A DNA stretch of 57,346 bases. It comes from a virus. Taxonomy: Duplodnaviria; Caudoviricetes. The notes beneath the pieces are model-generated. The model saw only the letters and a program-made list of their open reading frames with translations, ran no database searches and had not been told where the DNA came from. Made by a program: the position numbers and the translations under genes. Positions within the stretch are counted from its first letter, which is position 1. Every line of letters starts with the position of its first letter. Location of the stretch: positions 1 to 57,346 of IMG/VR virus record IMGVR_UViG_3300032297_000501. One strand, written 5' to 3'. Below, in pieces: positions 29,036-38,602 of this stretch.

Positions 29036-31066
29036 ATGGCACTGATTAATTACAAATCTAGTCAGATTAGATTAAACATTCCTAACAAAGTTTTACCTGT
29101 ATCTGTATCCAGTATTGCAGGTGAAAACTATTGGGATTATGCAAATGGTACAGGCGACCTATGGTACTCTGGAGTAGGCACAAAAAAATATTATCAATGG
29201 ACTGTTACTTTTAATGTAACAGCACAGACGCACGGTAGTCATTTAACTCGTGATGATTTTACTTACAATGGTTTAGATATTGTTGTAGGCGACTGGATTG
29301 CAGGTGCTACTAGCGGTCAATGTCTTAAAATTGTAAGCATTACATCAAAGACTGCAAACACAGTTACTTGTGTTGTTGAAGATTGGTTACGCTATAATAC
29401 TTTTAAGAGTGCTACCGGTAACGGTATTTTTAATACTGGTGCAGCAGTTATATTTAGTTTAAATGAAAACGGATTGCCATTACTTGACCCATTACCTGGT
29501 ACTGTAAGCACAGACTTTTATCCTACAGTAATGAGTAGGTTTCAATATTTAAATCCTCTACTAAACTATGTACTAGAACAAGACAATCATGGGTTCAGCA
29601 AAGGTGATGTTATTGCTGTGACAGCAAATGGTTTTTCTGTAGCTAATACAACTACCATGGACAAGATGATTGGTACTGTAATTGAAACCGGTCCAGGTCC
29701 AAACTTCTTTATGATATCGCCTAACAATCGTATCATTGACTTTGAGCCTAGTATTCCAGGCACGCAAGGCGACTATATCTATTTAGATACTGACGGAGAC
29801 TTAACTGCCAGTGACGTGACAGGTAAAATTGTTTTCTTAAAGATCCAAGATGCTATTGCTACTGTAATAGAAGGCACAGTTGACAATCCGGAAGTGCCTG
29901 ACACTCACCAAATGGCTTTAAACGGAACCATTGTTACATTTGCTGGTACCGGTGGTGCCAATGCTAATCTTAGCCAAATGGTTTCAACTATAAATGCAAA
30001 CACCAGTAATCATTATGTTACAGCGTCTAGTGTGCCAACACCAACTGTTATTTCCAGTGATGCTGATAATACAATCTACGGTCTAGTTGGCGGATTTGTT
30101 CCTTTTAGTGCATACATAAACAGCGGTAGCGGAAATACGCTAGTTAATTTTACTACTGACACATCAGGTTCTGTTGCGTTCGGTTTGCCTGTTTCTATAT
30201 CATCAGACATGGCTATAGATATCAATGCAACCAATATAGCAAATTTGACTGCTACAGCTACCACAACAGCATTAACGTTGACAGAAGCAAACGGTAATGC
30301 AATTACTATCACCAACGCTAATGTTGACACTGAAGGTTATGGTTTTGTTGGTTCTGGCAATGTTTCAGGCCTACCTGCTTCAACCAGTGCTACTGGTGCA
30401 AGAAGATTAGTGTTGACTAGATCCGATGGCGGCGAAATTTTAATCTTCGAAGGCACAGAATTTTTCCGTGTGGGAACAGGTGTGGCCAGTGGTCACAACG
30501 GAATGTATCCTTTGGCTATGAACATTGAGCGTGGCCTTAGAAGTGCTGGCACAAGCGTAGTAGCAAATATTGCTGCCAGAGATGCACTAAATCCGCAAAT
30601 AGGTGATCAAGCATATGTTCTAAATGCAGGCACCGGTGAATGGGGCCTATATGTTTATAACGGTAGTGCTTGGGTACAGGTAGCTAACGCAGATAGTGCT
30701 ACCACTGACGCTAAAACAATGATCACAACATTTACTATGCCGGCTGTGGGTTTCGGCAATAGTACCACAAACACACTGGGTAATATTAGTCCGGGACGTA
30801 AAATTACCAGCGTAAGTTTCGATGTTCATACAGCATTTAGTGGCTACTCAGGTAACATTATTCCCAATATCGAAGTTGGTGTGCTAGGTCAACCTGCAGA
30901 ATTCGTAGCCTCAAGCGCAAACGATTTGACAGATACTACTGAATTTTATGTAAATCCAGAATATGTATACCCGGCATCAAACAGTCAAGATTTACAAATT
31001 CGTGTACGTTGCAATCATTATGGTGCAACATCTGGAAACGTCACAGTTAAGCTCACATACGTATAA
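29036..31066 (+). CDS. Putative virion structural protein
   Basis: 676 aa Thr/Gly/Asn-rich ORF between two fibre genes; VANIAARDAL...GDQAYV...W..YVYNGSAW motif. Confidence 0.7.
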   Translation: MALINYKSSQIRLNIPNKVLPVSVSSIAGENYWDYANGTGDLWYSGVGTKKYYQWTVTFNVTAQTHGSHLTRDDFTYNGLDIVVGDWIAGATSGQCLKIVSITSKTANTVTCVVEDWLRYNTFKSATGNGIFNTGAAVIFSLNENGLPLLDPLPGTVSTDFYPTVMSRFQYLNPLLNYVLEQDNHGFSKGDVIAVTANGFSVANTTTMDKMIGTVIETGPGPNFFMISPNNRIIDFEPSIPGTQGDYIYLDTDGDLTASDVTGKIVFLKIQDAIATVIEGTVDNPEVPDTHQMALNGTIVTFAGTGGANANLSQMVSTINANTSNHYVTASSVPTPTVISSDADNTIYGLVGGFVPFSAYINSGSGNTLVNFTTDTSGSVAFGLPVSISSDMAIDINATNIANLTATATTTALTLTEANGNAITITNANVDTEGYGFVGSGNVSGLPASTSATGARRLVLTRSDGGEILIFEGTEFFRVGTGVASGHNGMYPLAMNIERGLRSAGTSVVANIAARDALNPQIGDQAYVLNAGTGEWGLYVYNGSAWVQVANADSATTDAKTMITTFTMPAVGFGNSTTNTLGNISPGRKITSVSFDVHTAFSGYSGNIIPNIEVGVLGQPAEFVASSANDLTDTTEFYVNPEYVYPASNSQDLQIRVRCNHYGATSGNVTVKLTYV

Positions 31067-31078
31067 AAACCAGTTTTT

Positions 31079-31087
31079 TGATAAATA
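31079..31087 (+). promoter_or_regulatory. Late-type promoter motif TGATAAATA
   Basis: Intergenic copy upstream of ORF 31139. Confidence 0.65.
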
Positions 31088-31138
31088 TCAATAACGATTT
31101 CCAGTAGTTAAAATAATACGTATTATTAGGAGAAACAA

Positions 31139-34100
31139 ATGGCTGACATTAAGAACTTTGGTATCAAAGGTCTTGCAGCTGATGTTCAAATGGGTAAGAG
31201 CGGTGGTCGTCTAAAGTACGACTCTGCTAACAATCGATTCGATTTTACTCAGAGTAACGGCTCAACATTAGAAAACGTTCGTTTTGGTAGTGTTGTTGCT
31301 GGTACGTGGACAGGCACAGCGGTAGGTACACAATATGGTGGTACTGGGCAAGATTTAAGTAGCGCCAATGGTGTGCTACAATATAACAGTGGTGTTGCTA
31401 GTTCGGCAGCAATCAACTTAGCATCTAACGTTTTCGTTACAGGTGTACTACCAGTTGCAAATGGTGGTACTGGCGCCAATGCTGCACCAGCAGCAAGAAC
31501 AAACTTAGGTTTAGGCACAATTGCAACGCAAGATGCTAGTAACGTAGCATTAACCGGCGGCGCAATTAATGGTATCACAATTGGTGGTACTACAGCGGCA
31601 GCTGGTAGCTTTACAACACTAAGCGCAACAAGCGGTATCACAGGCGAACTAACAGGTAATGTTAGTGGCAATGCTGGTACAGCAACAACATTAAAGAACG
31701 CACGTAACTTTAGCGCAAGCGGTGATGCAACTGCAACCGCAGTAAGTTTTGATGGCAGCGGTAACGTTGACCTAGCTCTTACATTGGCTAACAGCGGTGT
31801 AGGTGCTGGCACATATGGTAGCGCAACTAACATTCCACAATTTACAGTGGATGCAAAAGGTCGTGTTACCAGCGTAAGCAACGTTGCAATCGCAACAAAC
31901 TTCAGTATCGCTGGTGACAGCGGTAACGTTGATGTTGTTAATGGCGGCGAAACACTAACAGTAGTTGGTGCAAGCGGTCAGCTTTCAACAGCAATCACAA
32001 ACAATCAAATTCAAGTTGCTATCGTTGATGGCGCTTCAATTGCTAACCTAAGCGTAACTGGTACATTTACTTCAGATGATATTACATCAAGTCAAGTATC
32101 GATTACAGGTGATGCAGTTATTACTGGTAACTTAACAGTTAACGGTACACAAACAATTGTTAACTCAACAACAGTAAACATTGATGATGCAGTAGTTCGC
32201 GTAAACAGCGATGGCGTTTCAACAAGTGCTGGTCTTGAAGCTAACATCGGTGGCACAATTCAGAGCATCCTGTTTAACCCAGTTTCGAGCAAGTGGGAAT
32301 TCAGCAAAGACATTTCAACTGCTAATACAATTACAGCAACAGGTGGTTTCGTTGGTAACTTAACTGGCGATGTAACTGGTAACGTAACTGGTACAGTAAG
32401 CAGTCTAGCTAACCACACAACTACTAACCTTGCTGAAGGTGCTAACCTTTACTTTACCACTGGTCGTGCAAACACTGCAATGGATGCATACCTAGTTGGT
32501 GGTACAGGCTTAACATATAGCGGTGGTACAATTGATCTAGACAACACCGCTGTAACAGCAGGTGTATACGGCGACGCCACAAATATTCCTCAGTTCACAG
32601 TTGATGCACAAGGTCGTATTACAGCGGCAAGCAACATTGCAATTTCAACACAATGGACTCTAGCAGGTGATACAGGTACCAGCACTATTGCTGGTGGTGA
32701 TACTGCTAACGTTCTCGGTGGAAGAAATATCACAACTATCGTAAATGGTGATAGTGTAACTATTGATTTAGACAACACTATTGCACTAAGCGGTAACGTA
32801 ACTGCCAACGGTACAGTACAAGGTGCTACACTAACTGATGGTACACTAAGCATTAATGCAGGTGATATTACCAATGGTAGTGACGCAACATTTAGCGGTA
32901 CTATCCAAGGTGGTAGCTTAACTGATGGTACATTAACAATCAGTGCAGGTAACGTTACAAGTGGTGTTTCTGCAACATTCAGTGGTGCAGTACAAGGTGG
33001 TAGCATTAAAGACGGTACAGCTACACTAACAGGCGGCGCATTAAGTGGTGCAACGACTGGTTCATTCAGCGGTAACGTAAGTGTAGGTAATTTAAGTACA
33101 TCTGGTACAGTTACAGCAAGTAATGCAAATGTCACTAATACATTAACATTTGGTTCACTAAGCGACGGTGCTATTACTATCACAGGCTTTGTTGACGAAG
33201 ACAATATGGTTAGCGATAGCAACGTATTAATTCCAACACAGCAAAGCGTTAAGGCTTATGTTGACTCACAACTAGGTGCAACCGCACTTGATATCGCTGG
33301 TGACAGTGGAACAGGTAACATTGACTTAGATAGTCAAACACTAACATTTGCTGGTGGTACAGGTTTAACTTCAAGCGTTTCAGGTCAAACTGTAACAGTC
33401 AACTTAGACAATACCGCAGTAACAGCGGCTACTTATGGCACAGCAAACAGTGTTGCTACATTTACAGTTGATGCACAAGGTCGTTTAACAAATGCTGTTG
33501 CTACAGCTATTAGTATTACTAATAGTCAAGTTAGTGACTTTAACGCAGGCGTTGATGCTCGTGTATCAGGTGGTGTTGGTTTAACATATACTGCTGGTGT
33601 ACTAGACTTAGACAATACCGCAGTAACAGCTGGCGTTTATGGTAGTGCAACAAATATTCCTCAGTTCACAGTTGATGCACAGGGTCGTATTACTGCCGCA
33701 AGTAACATTGCAGTAGCAACAAACTTCAGCATTGCAGGTGACAGTGGTGCAGCAGATGTTGTTAACGGTGGTGAAACACTAACAGTAACAGGTGCTAGCG
33801 GTCAGATCGCAACAACAATTACTAACAATCAAATTCAAGTTGGTATTGTTGACGGTGCAAGCATTGCTAACCTAAGCGTAACCGGTACATTAACATCCGA
33901 TGATATTACATCTAACCAGATTACAATTGCTGGTAATGCTATTATCACTGGTAACTTGACTGTACAGGGTCAGCAGACAATAGTTGATTCAACAACTGTT
34001 CAAACAGCTGATGCAGTATTCCGTGTAAACAGCAATGGTACAACTGGTGCTAACGTAGGCTTTGAAGCTAACGTTGGTGGCAGTATGAAGCAGATTGTTT

Positions 34101-35125
34101 ATACACCAACGAACGCATGGTCATTTGGTGCTGAAACTGTTAACGCATCTACATTCGTAGGTAACTTAACTGGTACTGCCGCTAATGCAACAGTACTAGC
34201 CACAGCACGTAACTTTAGTGCTACTGGTGACGCTACTGCTTCAAACGTATCATTTGATGGTAGTGCTGACGTAGCCCTAGCATTAACACTTGCTAACACT
34301 GCGGTAACAGCAGGTAGCTATGGTAGTGCAACACAGATTCCAACTTTCACAGTTGATTCTAAGGGCCGACTAACAGCCGCTGGTGTAGCTAACGTTGCAA
34401 CAGTACTAAACATTGCTGGCGATAGCGGTAGTGATGCTATTGACTTGTTAAGTGATACACTAACAATTGTTGGTGGTACAAACCTTACAACAGCGGTTAC
34501 AGCTAATACTGCAACAGTTAACTTAGATGCTAATATCAGCTTAACAACTGTAACAGCAACTTCACTAGTAGGTGACTTAACTGGTAACGTAACTGCTAGC
34601 GGTGTTGTTAGCTTTGGTACACTAACTGACTCAGGTGCAAACATTGCAATCACTAAGTTTGTTAACGAAGCTGATGGTATTGCTAACAATGACAACGATA
34701 CAACGATTCCGACAACAGCAGCCGTTATTGATTATATCTCTAACAACTCTGGCGACGGGTTATTACTACGCAGTACATTTACTGCAAATAGCAGTGCAAG
34801 TAGCTTTACAGTTGGTACAGTTCCAAATGTTGGCAACCGCACATACTATGCTGAAAAGGTTGTTATCAAAGTTGGTACAGCATTCAGCGGTGGTAGCTTC
34901 AACCATATCCTAGTTAAGGAAAATGGTGGTAGCGGTAGCACACTAGTAGCAGCAGATGATGCAGATGCAGCAACAGCAGGTACATACATTGTTGAGCTAG
35001 ACGGTGATACATCACTCACAAAGAATCAGGGTGTTGTAGTACAGTTTAAGCAGAGCGATGGTGCAACTGCGGCAGCTACATCAGCAGGTAGCATGACTGT
35101 AAGCGTACACTACAAGTACGTGTAA
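31139..35125 (+). CDS. Giant repeat-rich tail-fibre-like virion protein
   Basis: 1328 aa; LPVANGGTGA, ARTNLGL, five copies of a YG....(P).FTVD..GR module, IAGDSG repeats; strong codon bias; AGGAG RBS. Confidence 0.85.
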   Translation: MADIKNFGIKGLAADVQMGKSGGRLKYDSANNRFDFTQSNGSTLENVRFGSVVAGTWTGTAVGTQYGGTGQDLSSANGVLQYNSGVASSAAINLASNVFVTGVLPVANGGTGANAAPAARTNLGLGTIATQDASNVALTGGAINGITIGGTTAAAGSFTTLSATSGITGELTGNVSGNAGTATTLKNARNFSASGDATATAVSFDGSGNVDLALTLANSGVGAGTYGSATNIPQFTVDAKGRVTSVSNVAIATNFSIAGDSGNVDVVNGGETLTVVGASGQLSTAITNNQIQVAIVDGASIANLSVTGTFTSDDITSSQVSITGDAVITGNLTVNGTQTIVNSTTVNIDDAVVRVNSDGVSTSAGLEANIGGTIQSILFNPVSSKWEFSKDISTANTITATGGFVGNLTGDVTGNVTGTVSSLANHTTTNLAEGANLYFTTGRANTAMDAYLVGGTGLTYSGGTIDLDNTAVTAGVYGDATNIPQFTVDAQGRITAASNIAISTQWTLAGDTGTSTIAGGDTANVLGGRNITTIVNGDSVTIDLDNTIALSGNVTANGTVQGATLTDGTLSINAGDITNGSDATFSGTIQGGSLTDGTLTISAGNVTSGVSATFSGAVQGGSIKDGTATLTGGALSGATTGSFSGNVSVGNLSTSGTVTASNANVTNTLTFGSLSDGAITITGFVDEDNMVSDSNVLIPTQQSVKAYVDSQLGATALDIAGDSGTGNIDLDSQTLTFAGGTGLTSSVSGQTVTVNLDNTAVTAATYGTANSVATFTVDAQGRLTNAVATAISITNSQVSDFNAGVDARVSGGVGLTYTAGVLDLDNTAVTAGVYGSATNIPQFTVDAQGRITAASNIAVATNFSIAGDSGAADVVNGGETLTVTGASGQIATTITNNQIQVGIVDGASIANLSVTGTLTSDDITSNQITIAGNAIITGNLTVQGQQTIVDSTTVQTADAVFRVNSNGTTGANVGFEANVGGSMKQIVYTPTNAWSFGAETVNASTFVGNLTGTAANATVLATARNFSATGDATASNVSFDGSADVALALTLANTAVTAGSYGSATQIPTFTVDSKGRLTAAGVANVATVLNIAGDSGSDAIDLLSDTLTIVGGTNLTTAVTANTATVNLDANISLTTVTATSLVGDLTGNVTASGVVSFGTLTDSGANIAITKFVNEADGIANNDNDTTIPTTAAVIDYISNNSGDGLLLRSTFTANSSASSFTVGTVPNVGNRTYYAEKVVIKVGTAFSGGSFNHILVKENGGSGSTLVAADDADAATAGTYIVELDGDTSLTKNQGVVVQFKQSDGATAAATSAGSMTVSVHYKYV

Positions 35126-35154
35126 TAAATTAAACTTTCGGGATGGGAAGTTTG

Positions 35155-35183
35155 GGAAGGGGTCGAAAGGCCCCTTCCTTTTT
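35155..35183 (+). terminator. Rho-independent terminator
   Basis: GGAAGGGGTC-GAAA-GGCCCCTTCC followed by TTTTT, between convergent genes. Confidence 0.9.
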
Positions 35184-35188
35184 GAGTG

Positions 35189-35782
35189 CTAATCACTTAG
35201 TGTAAAATTACAGCAAAGAACTACATTATCAGCTATACTATTGTTTGGTGTGAAACCCCATGGAATATGAGCAGGGAAGAAAACAATTTTATTAGGCTCG
35301 GGCTGTATATAATGCGTCATTTCCTGTATATTAGGCGGGGTATTATGTAGTTTTGAACTATGTAAATCTAGATATAATGAACTACCTTTTTCAAATGTTT
35401 GTAAAAATAATACACATTGATACCACCTAACTTTTTCAACATTTTGCGGAATCATACCATTTGGCTTTATTCCATATAACCAAATGTCAGGTATTTCCAT
35501 TTTGCGATTCTTATTTTTCATTCTAAAATGACTAACAGCATTATCGAAAAATACACTGCCAGCAAATTGACTTGCTTTAATAATATTATTTCCTATTTGG
35601 CGTTGCTTGGCATTTTTATTAGTAGTCCAACCAAATACTGTGTCAGTGTAATTCCCATTAGTTTTTAATATTTCTACATCAGAAATTATAGATTTAGTAA
35701 TTTCCGGAGTTAATTGTAAATGACCTTCAAAAACCCACTCGGGAAATACTGGATAACTAGATAAAGTTGAATTTATTTTCAT
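35189..35782 (-). CDS. 2OG-Fe(II) oxygenase-like protein, possibly degenerate
   Basis: N-terminal VFP, C-terminal IQPEPNKIVFFPAHIPWGFTPN...V...NF pattern of phage DSBH oxygenases; His ligands appear substituted. Confidence 0.55.
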   Translation of the reverse strand: MKINSTLSSYPVFPEWVFEGHLQLTPEITKSIISDVEILKTNGNYTDTVFGWTTNKNAKQRQIGNNIIKASQFAGSVFFDNAVSHFRMKNKNRKMEIPDIWLYGIKPNGMIPQNVEKVRWYQCVLFLQTFEKGSSLYLDLHSSKLHNTPPNIQEMTHYIQPEPNKIVFFPAHIPWGFTPNNSIADNVVLCCNFTLSD

Positions 35783-35858
35783 ATTTTTATTTACTTAAAA
35801 TAACAGTTATTTTTGTAAGTTATTGAATTCTAATGGGGATTTTCTATACAAAAAACGG

Positions 35859-35886
35859 TTGACACTAGCTGTGATTCTGCTATACT
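35859..35886 (+). promoter_or_regulatory. Sigma70-type early promoter
   Basis: AAACGG-TTGACA-16 bp-TATACT with extended -10 TG, ahead of a run of small genes. Confidence 0.7.
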
Positions 35887-35918
35887 ATATATGTAGGATG
35901 AGAAATAAGGAGTGAAGA

Positions 35919-36194
35919 ATGCTGTATACAATTGAAATTTACAAGACCGACAAGCGCACTAAGATGGGTCAGCGCCTGGTTGGCAAATACGATTACGATC
36001 GCAAGGATCGTGCTAGCATGGAGCGTGAAGTCCAAGCACTTTACCCCACTTACAAAACCAAAGACGGTTACATTTTTAACATCATTGAAACTATGGTGAC
36101 CCGCACTAATGCAATGAGCGGTAAGACGTTTCAGGAGCGTTACGACACGCCCTACTACTGCTCAGCCAGTTCTGAATCTTATTGGAGCATGTAA
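35919..36194 (+). CDS. Hypothetical early protein
   Basis: 91 aa, AAGGAG RBS; C-terminal TP.YCS.SSE.YWSM motif. Confidence 0.75.
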   Translation: MLYTIEIYKTDKRTKMGQRLVGKYDYDRKDRASMEREVQALYPTYKTKDGYIFNIIETMVTRTNAMSGKTFQERYDTPYYCSASSESYWSM

Positions 36195-36196
36195 TT

Positions 36197-36343
36197 ATGA
36201 AGATTGTTTTTAATCCTTTGCTCAACGGTTGGTACATTGTTCGTGGACGTCATCAGACTCCCATCGGTGGCCGTTTTGAAAGCAAGCAAGCCGCACTTGC
36301 TCACTTGCGTCGTCGTAACCCTTTGTATACCGAGGTAATGTAA
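36197..36343 (+). CDS. Hypothetical 48 aa protein (not in ORF track)
   Basis: MKIVFNPLLNGWYIVRGRHQTPIGGRFESKQAALAHLRRRNPLYTEVM fills the gap exactly; GGAG upstream. Confidence 0.7.
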   Translation: MKIVFNPLLNGWYIVRGRHQTPIGGRFESKQAALAHLRRRNPLYTEVM

Positions 36344-36344
36344 A

Positions 36345-36572
36345 ATGGTTGATAATAAAGTTGAATATGATACCCGCCATGGTGGTCCATATGACCGTGG
36401 TTCAGCAGATAGTTACTACGGTCGTCCGTTTAATCCTCATTATTATCAAGGTGCTACTTATAGCACACCTGAAGTAAAATTGGAAGATATGACTGCTGAA
36501 GAAATTGTAGCCTATACCGCTGGCTACCGTGATAATGAAGCTGATGGTAACTTTAAGGATTGGGGTCGATAA
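36345..36572 (+). CDS. Hypothetical early protein
   Basis: 75 aa; RHGGPYDRGSADSYYGR motif; GAGGT RBS. Confidence 0.75.
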   Translation: MVDNKVEYDTRHGGPYDRGSADSYYGRPFNPHYYQGATYSTPEVKLEDMTAEEIVAYTAGYRDNEADGNFKDWGR

Positions 36573-36575
36573 ATT

Positions 36576-37175
36576 GTGTTTAGTGTAATTAAAAATAAAA
36601 TTATTTTAACTGATGTTGATGGTGTGCTACTCGACTGGGAAGAAGGCTTTGGTATTTGGATGGAGCATCACGGTCATACAATGGTCGATGGTGGTAAGCT
36701 AATTTATAACATCGGTGACCGCTACAATATCACTAACGATCAAGGTAAGCAGTTAATCAAGCAGTTTAACGAAAGTGCCGCTATTGGCTTTTTGCCTCCG
36801 GTACGTGATGCACAGTACTATGTAAAGTTGATGGCAGAAAAACATCAATATCGTTTTCTTGCTGTTACTTCGTTGAGTTTGGATCCGTATGCTAAGAAAT
36901 TACGTATTCGTAACTTGATGAAAATTTTTGGTAACGACACGTTTATGGATGTTATCTGTTTGGACACTGGTGCAGACAAGGACGAGATTCTTGCAGAACT
37001 TGCACATACGTACAAAGGTAACTGGTGGATCGAAGACAAGCCTGCTAACGTAGATGCAGGTGTTGCAGTTGGGTTTAAGGGAATTCTTGTAGAACATGGT
37101 CATAACATGGATTACGAGGGTAATGCTGTAGTAGCTAAAACTTGGGAAGAAATTTACAATGTCATCACTGCCTAA
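36576..37175 (+). CDS. HAD-superfamily phosphatase (5'-nucleotidase-like)
   Basis: LTDVDGVLLDW, VTS, KDE, WIEDKP.N. Confidence 0.8.
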   Translation: MFSVIKNKIILTDVDGVLLDWEEGFGIWMEHHGHTMVDGGKLIYNIGDRYNITNDQGKQLIKQFNESAAIGFLPPVRDAQYYVKLMAEKHQYRFLAVTSLSLDPYAKKLRIRNLMKIFGNDTFMDVICLDTGADKDEILAELAHTYKGNWWIEDKPANVDAGVAVGFKGILVEHGHNMDYEGNAVVAKTWEEIYNVITA

Positions 37176-37821
37176 TCAATTCAATACCAACGAAGTAGTT
37201 GCCGTTTCTTGTGCTGTTGACCGAGTAAATGGTTTTGTCAAGAAGACAGAAGTTGGTTACGGAGAAAATGCTAATAAGAAACCTAATGTCTCCTTTTTGT
37301 ATGAGCATTTTTGTAACAACGAAAAAGTTGAAATTTTAGATGCTGACCGTGAAATGGCAGCAGAAATTATTGATTATCTTAAAGGTCTTAGCTTTAAAGC
37401 ACTTGAGCGTCGACTCACTGATTTCGAATCCAACGTCCTAAACTTTGTTGGTTCTGAAACTGTAGGTAAGGAACAGCTAGGTATTGCTGCCAGCTTACCA
37501 AATGTATATCGTAACAAGCTAGAAGCTGATACATGGACAGCTAGAGAAGCAGAACTTGCTCGTACTAGCGATTATATCGGTGAAGTAGGCAAGCGCGGAG
37601 AGTTCACTGCTAAGATTGAAAACTTACGCTATATTGCTAAAACTTCGAGCTATCTTGTTAGTTGCAGTGTTGACAATAAACATATTCTAAAGTTCTTTAG
37701 CGGTGTTGCATCTGGCAAGGTCGGTGATAATGTACAAATTACAGGCTTTGTTAAGAGTCAAAGTATTAGCTCATATAGTAATGCTAAAGAAACAATGATC
37801 AATAGAGTTAAACTTACTTAA
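37159..37821 (+). CDS. Hypothetical protein with a possible C-terminal OB fold
   Basis: S.YIGEVGKR...ITGFVK...KETMINRVK pattern. Confidence 0.6.
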   Translation: MSSLPNQFNTNEVVAVSCAVDRVNGFVKKTEVGYGENANKKPNVSFLYEHFCNNEKVEILDADREMAAEIIDYLKGLSFKALERRLTDFESNVLNFVGSETVGKEQLGIAASLPNVYRNKLEADTWTAREAELARTSDYIGEVGKRGEFTAKIENLRYIAKTSSYLVSCSVDNKHILKFFSGVASGKVGDNVQITGFVKSQSISSYSNAKETMINRVKLT

Positions 37822-37843
37822 TTAAAAACTGTGTTAATAAACT

Positions 37844-37868
37844 AACCCCAACTTAGTTGGGGTTTTTT
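37844..37868 (+). terminator. Rho-independent terminator
   Basis: AACCCCAAC-TTA-GTTGGGGTT followed by TTTT. Confidence 0.85.
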
Positions 37869-37880
37869 ATTGACCTTTTC

Positions 37881-37889
37881 TGATAAATA
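37881..37889 (+). promoter_or_regulatory. Late-type promoter motif TGATAAATA
   Basis: Directly after the terminator, upstream of ORF 37926. Confidence 0.65.
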
Positions 37890-37925
37890 CTAATACCAAC
37901 GAACGTAGGAAGGGAGATTGGTATT

Positions 37926-38273
37926 ATGGCAAGAAAAACAGTAACAGTTGACGATGAAGTCTATGCTAAGGACACAAACGGCGACGGACACATTTCTAAG
38001 TTAGAGATTGAAATGGATATGGAATTTAAACGCAAGCGTTTAGAAGACGAAGATGCAATGCGTGATAGTCAACGTAAAATGGCTTGGTTCGCATTATTTG
38101 GTATGTTGTTATACCCAGCTTGTGTATTAATTGCATCATATTTTAGTATGGAAAATGGCGCAGGTGTATTAGGTGATATGGCACCTACATACTTCGTATC
38201 AGTGGCAGCGATTGTTGCTGCATTTTACGGTAAAACTGCGTTTGAAAATACAGCTAGAAAAGACGGCGAGTAA
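37926..38273 (+). CDS. Two-TM membrane protein with an EF-hand-like loop (holin-like candidate)
   Basis: DTNGDGHISKLE followed by two hydrophobic helices. Confidence 0.6.
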   Translation: MARKTVTVDDEVYAKDTNGDGHISKLEIEMDMEFKRKRLEDEDAMRDSQRKMAWFALFGMLLYPACVLIASYFSMENGAGVLGDMAPTYFVSVAAIVAAFYGKTAFENTARKDGE

Positions 38274-38282
38274 AGGTAAACA

Positions 38283-38579
38283 ATGGCTTTTGTAAAGAAT
38301 TTTTGTAGGTTAGTCACAGATCACGAGCTCACTGATGAGGAGGTGATTGATTTCTTTGATATTGTTCAAAGTATTGTGCCTACAAAAATTCTTACAGGTT
38401 TTAGTGGGACAGGTGATGTTGTCAGTGTAGATGTTATAGCATACACTGATCAAAATCAACAAGTCTACGAAGTAGTCCTCAAAGAGAATATCGGACCAGA
38501 TGACGGCGATATTATTGCTGAAGAACTAGCAAATGAATTTAACTTTGACTTCGATTTTGAAGCAAGTGTAGAAGTATAA
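38283..38579 (+). CDS. Hypothetical acidic protein
   Basis: 98 aa ORF. Confidence 0.65.
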   Translation: MAFVKNFCRLVTDHELTDEEVIDFFDIVQSIVPTKILTGFSGTGDVVSVDVIAYTDQNQQVYEVVLKENIGPDDGDIIAEELANEFNFDFDFEASVEV

Positions 38580-38602
38580 CATTATAACAAAAAGAGAAAA
38601 CT

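Noticed and set aside
26468-34913. Numerous 60-210 aa alternative-frame ORFs, mostly minus-strand, over the fibre genes
   Set aside because: Shadows of Gly/Thr/Ser-rich, codon-biased genes; low-complexity Leu/Pro/Val translations with no RBS or motifs.
31139-35125. Repeats considered as a CRISPR array or diversity-generating retroelement template/variable pair
   Set aside because: Repeats are in frame, differ mainly at synonymous sites rather than only at adenines, have no regular spacers, and no cas or reverse transcriptase gene is present.
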